The notes under the pieces are model-generated. The model was given only the letters and a program-made list of their open reading frames with translations. It made no database searches and was not told the DNA's origin. Below are positions 62,436 to 64,000 of a stretch of 64,000 bases of DNA, piece after piece. Numbering within the stretch: the first letter of the stretch is position 1; each line of letters starts with the position of its first letter. This stretch comes from an uncultured Candidatus Saccharibacteria bacterium. GTDB lineage: Bacteria > Patescibacteriota > Saccharimonadia > Saccharimonadales > CAYOYH01. The position numbers were made by a program, and so were the translations under genes. The DNA lies in the NCBI GenBank assembly GCA_964579475.1, contig CAZOFP010000004.1, positions 904-64,903 of the forward strand, read 5' to 3'.

Positions 62436-64000
62436 ATGAACCAAGATCAACAAGCGCGCCAAGACGAAGAGTTGTCAGCCCAGAACAGAGCTCGAATATT
62501 AGGGGCACGGTATCAAGATGCCCGCATGATTATCGATTTGCCACTAGTGAAAGATGTTTTGACCTTGCAGGAAATGTACAAGAGTAGTGTTGTGCCGATT
62601 CGGCAGACAAAAGGACATCTGGAATTTGCAATTACCATTGCCACGCCACAACAGGTTATAACCCAGCTCCGCGACAGATTCTCTGATTACAATGTGACTT
62701 TCATGCTCATTTCAAACACCGGGTTCAAGGATTTTATGCTTCGTTTTGACCCGCTACCAGAGGTGCATTATGATGATATCCAGATAAGTACCGAAGGTGC
62801 TAGCGATACCCTAGCTCAGGTATCAAAGACACTAGAAACGGTCAGTTCGGACGACATTTTAGATTATTTGATAACTCAGGCAGATGAGTTGAACGCATCG
62901 GATATTCATCTTGAAACCGAAGAAGATTATGTCAGAATGCGTTTTCGCGTAGACGGCGCCTTGCACAACATTGCCAAACTCTCGAAGGCCAAATACAAAC
63001 AACTCCAGTCTTCGATTGCGATAAAAGCTAACATCTCAACGACTGCACCAGATGCACAGACTGGACACATGGTTCACAAGTTGGTTGACGAGAATGGTAA
63101 GGCCACCAAAACAATCAACATGCGTATTGAGACCGCTCCAACTTTGCACGGCCAAGATGCAGTGATAAGGCTCTTTAATGTCGACCGAAACCTGATTAAT
63201 CTTGAAAGACTCGGTCTAAACGACAGACAACTCAAGAACATTAAAGACCTGATTGCACATCCGCACGGCATGGTGCTGGTAGTTGGTCCTACGGGTTCGG
63301 GAAAGACGACCACTATGTATTCGATTCTAGATGAGCTGAACGACACCACTAGGAAGATAATCACCTTGGAAGATCCGGTTGAGTATGGTTTTGAAGGCAT
63401 GAGTCAAATCCCAGTAGATACTCGGAAGGGCAAATCTTTCGACAAGGTCTTTCGAGCAGTGCTTCGCCAAGACCCAGATGTCCTTATGGTTGGCGAGATT
63501 CGTGATGTCGATACTGCTAAAACAGCACTCCAGGCTGCGCTAACAGGGCACTTAGTCCTTTCGACGTTTCATGCAGCCGATGCTGCATCGGCACTGAGCA
63601 GGATGCTCGACAGCATTGGTGATAACCCGCTATTTTCTTCGGCTATTAGGCTAGTTATCTCCCAGCGGTTAGTCCGAAGGCTAGATGACACACTGAAGCA
63701 AGAATATCAGCCAGACGAAGAAATGAAACAACAAATAGCGAAAGTTATTCAGTCGCTTCCAGACAGCGTGGAGCGGCCGAACTTAGAGAATCTGAAACTG
63801 TATCAGCCAGGCAAGTCCAATCAAAATCCTTTTGGCTATACAGGTCGGGTTATTTTGATGGAACAGCTAGAGGTTACCCCTGCTATACAGAGAATCCTAC
63901 GCCGCGGTTCGTCAGATTCTTCAACAGAAATTTTAGAAAAAGCCGCTGCAGATCAGGGCATGGTGAGTATGTTGCAGTCAGGGGTGCTGATGGCGCTTAG
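62436..64000 (+). CDS. pilB: Type IV pilus / type II secretion ATPase (PilB/GspE family), 3'-partial at the window edge; absent from the supplied ORF track
   Basis: Hand translation from ATG 62436, with no stop before 64000. ASDIHLE, Walker A GPTGSGKTTT, LEDPVEY, Walker B/Asp box DPDVLMVGEIRD, and TGHLVLSTFH. Confidence 0.9.
   Translation, partial: MNQDQQARQDEELSAQNRARILGARYQDARMIIDLPLVKDVLTLQEMYKSSVVPIRQTKGHLEFAITIATPQQVITQLRDRFSDYNVTFMLISNTGFKDFMLRFDPLPEVHYDDIQISTEGASDTLAQVSKTLETVSSDDILDYLITQADELNASDIHLETEEDYVRMRFRVDGALHNIAKLSKAKYKQLQSSIAIKANISTTAPDAQTGHMVHKLVDENGKATKTINMRIETAPTLHGQDAVIRLFNVDRNLINLERLGLNDRQLKNIKDLIAHPHGMVLVVGPTGSGKTTTMYSILDELNDTTRKIITLEDPVEYGFEGMSQIPVDTRKGKSFDKVFRAVLRQDPDVLMVGEIRDVDTAKTALQAALTGHLVLSTFHAADAASALSRMLDSIGDNPLFSSAIRLVISQRLVRRLDDTLKQEYQPDEEMKQQIAKVIQSLPDSVERPNLENLKLYQPGKSNQNPFGYTGRVILMEQLEVTPAIQRILRRGSSDSSTEILEKAAADQGMVSMLQSGVLMAL

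Overview
The window reads as chromosomal DNA from a small-genome, monoderm-type bacterium. The gene content fits a Candidate Phyla Radiation / Saccharibacteria-like genome; this is inference from content only. Supporting traits are a split transketolase, a membrane pyrophosphatase, GatCAB, a PilB-type ATPase, many tiny membrane proteins, frequent 1-8 nt gene overlaps and several leaderless-looking starts. Positions ~580-13,360 form an accessory, all-minus-strand island of exported proteins. It holds a 2102-aa N-terminally anchored giant protein, two tandem 351-aa secreted paralogs, two membrane-tethered two-domain proteins, an Ig/PKD protein and a 36-aa peptide. The giant and both paralogs share a ~166-aa C-terminal module ending ...TxxATY. 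The layout recalls csc/WxL clusters and chaperone-plus-subunit fibre logic, and it is my main candidate for an undescribed system. The remainder is mostly housekeeping: pheST, rplY, an ABC exporter plus an RND-type transporter, trxB, hppA, gap, an rpiB / rpe-tkt-fba-pfkB sugar-phosphate block, uvrB, gatCAB, galU, dnaE, folC and a 3'-open pilB. Unexplained non-coding signals interrupt it. These are four copies of a 20-bp AT palindrome in two pairs with identical 69-bp spacing, two copies of a five-heptad YAGANNN tract, two ~160-nt intergenic elements closed by 13-14 bp inverted repeats, and two GC-richer ORF-poor cassettes. I recognised no rRNA, tRNA, CRISPR array, transposase, integrase or phage structural gene by eye. 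All homology calls rest on motif recognition in the ORF translations; no database search was run.
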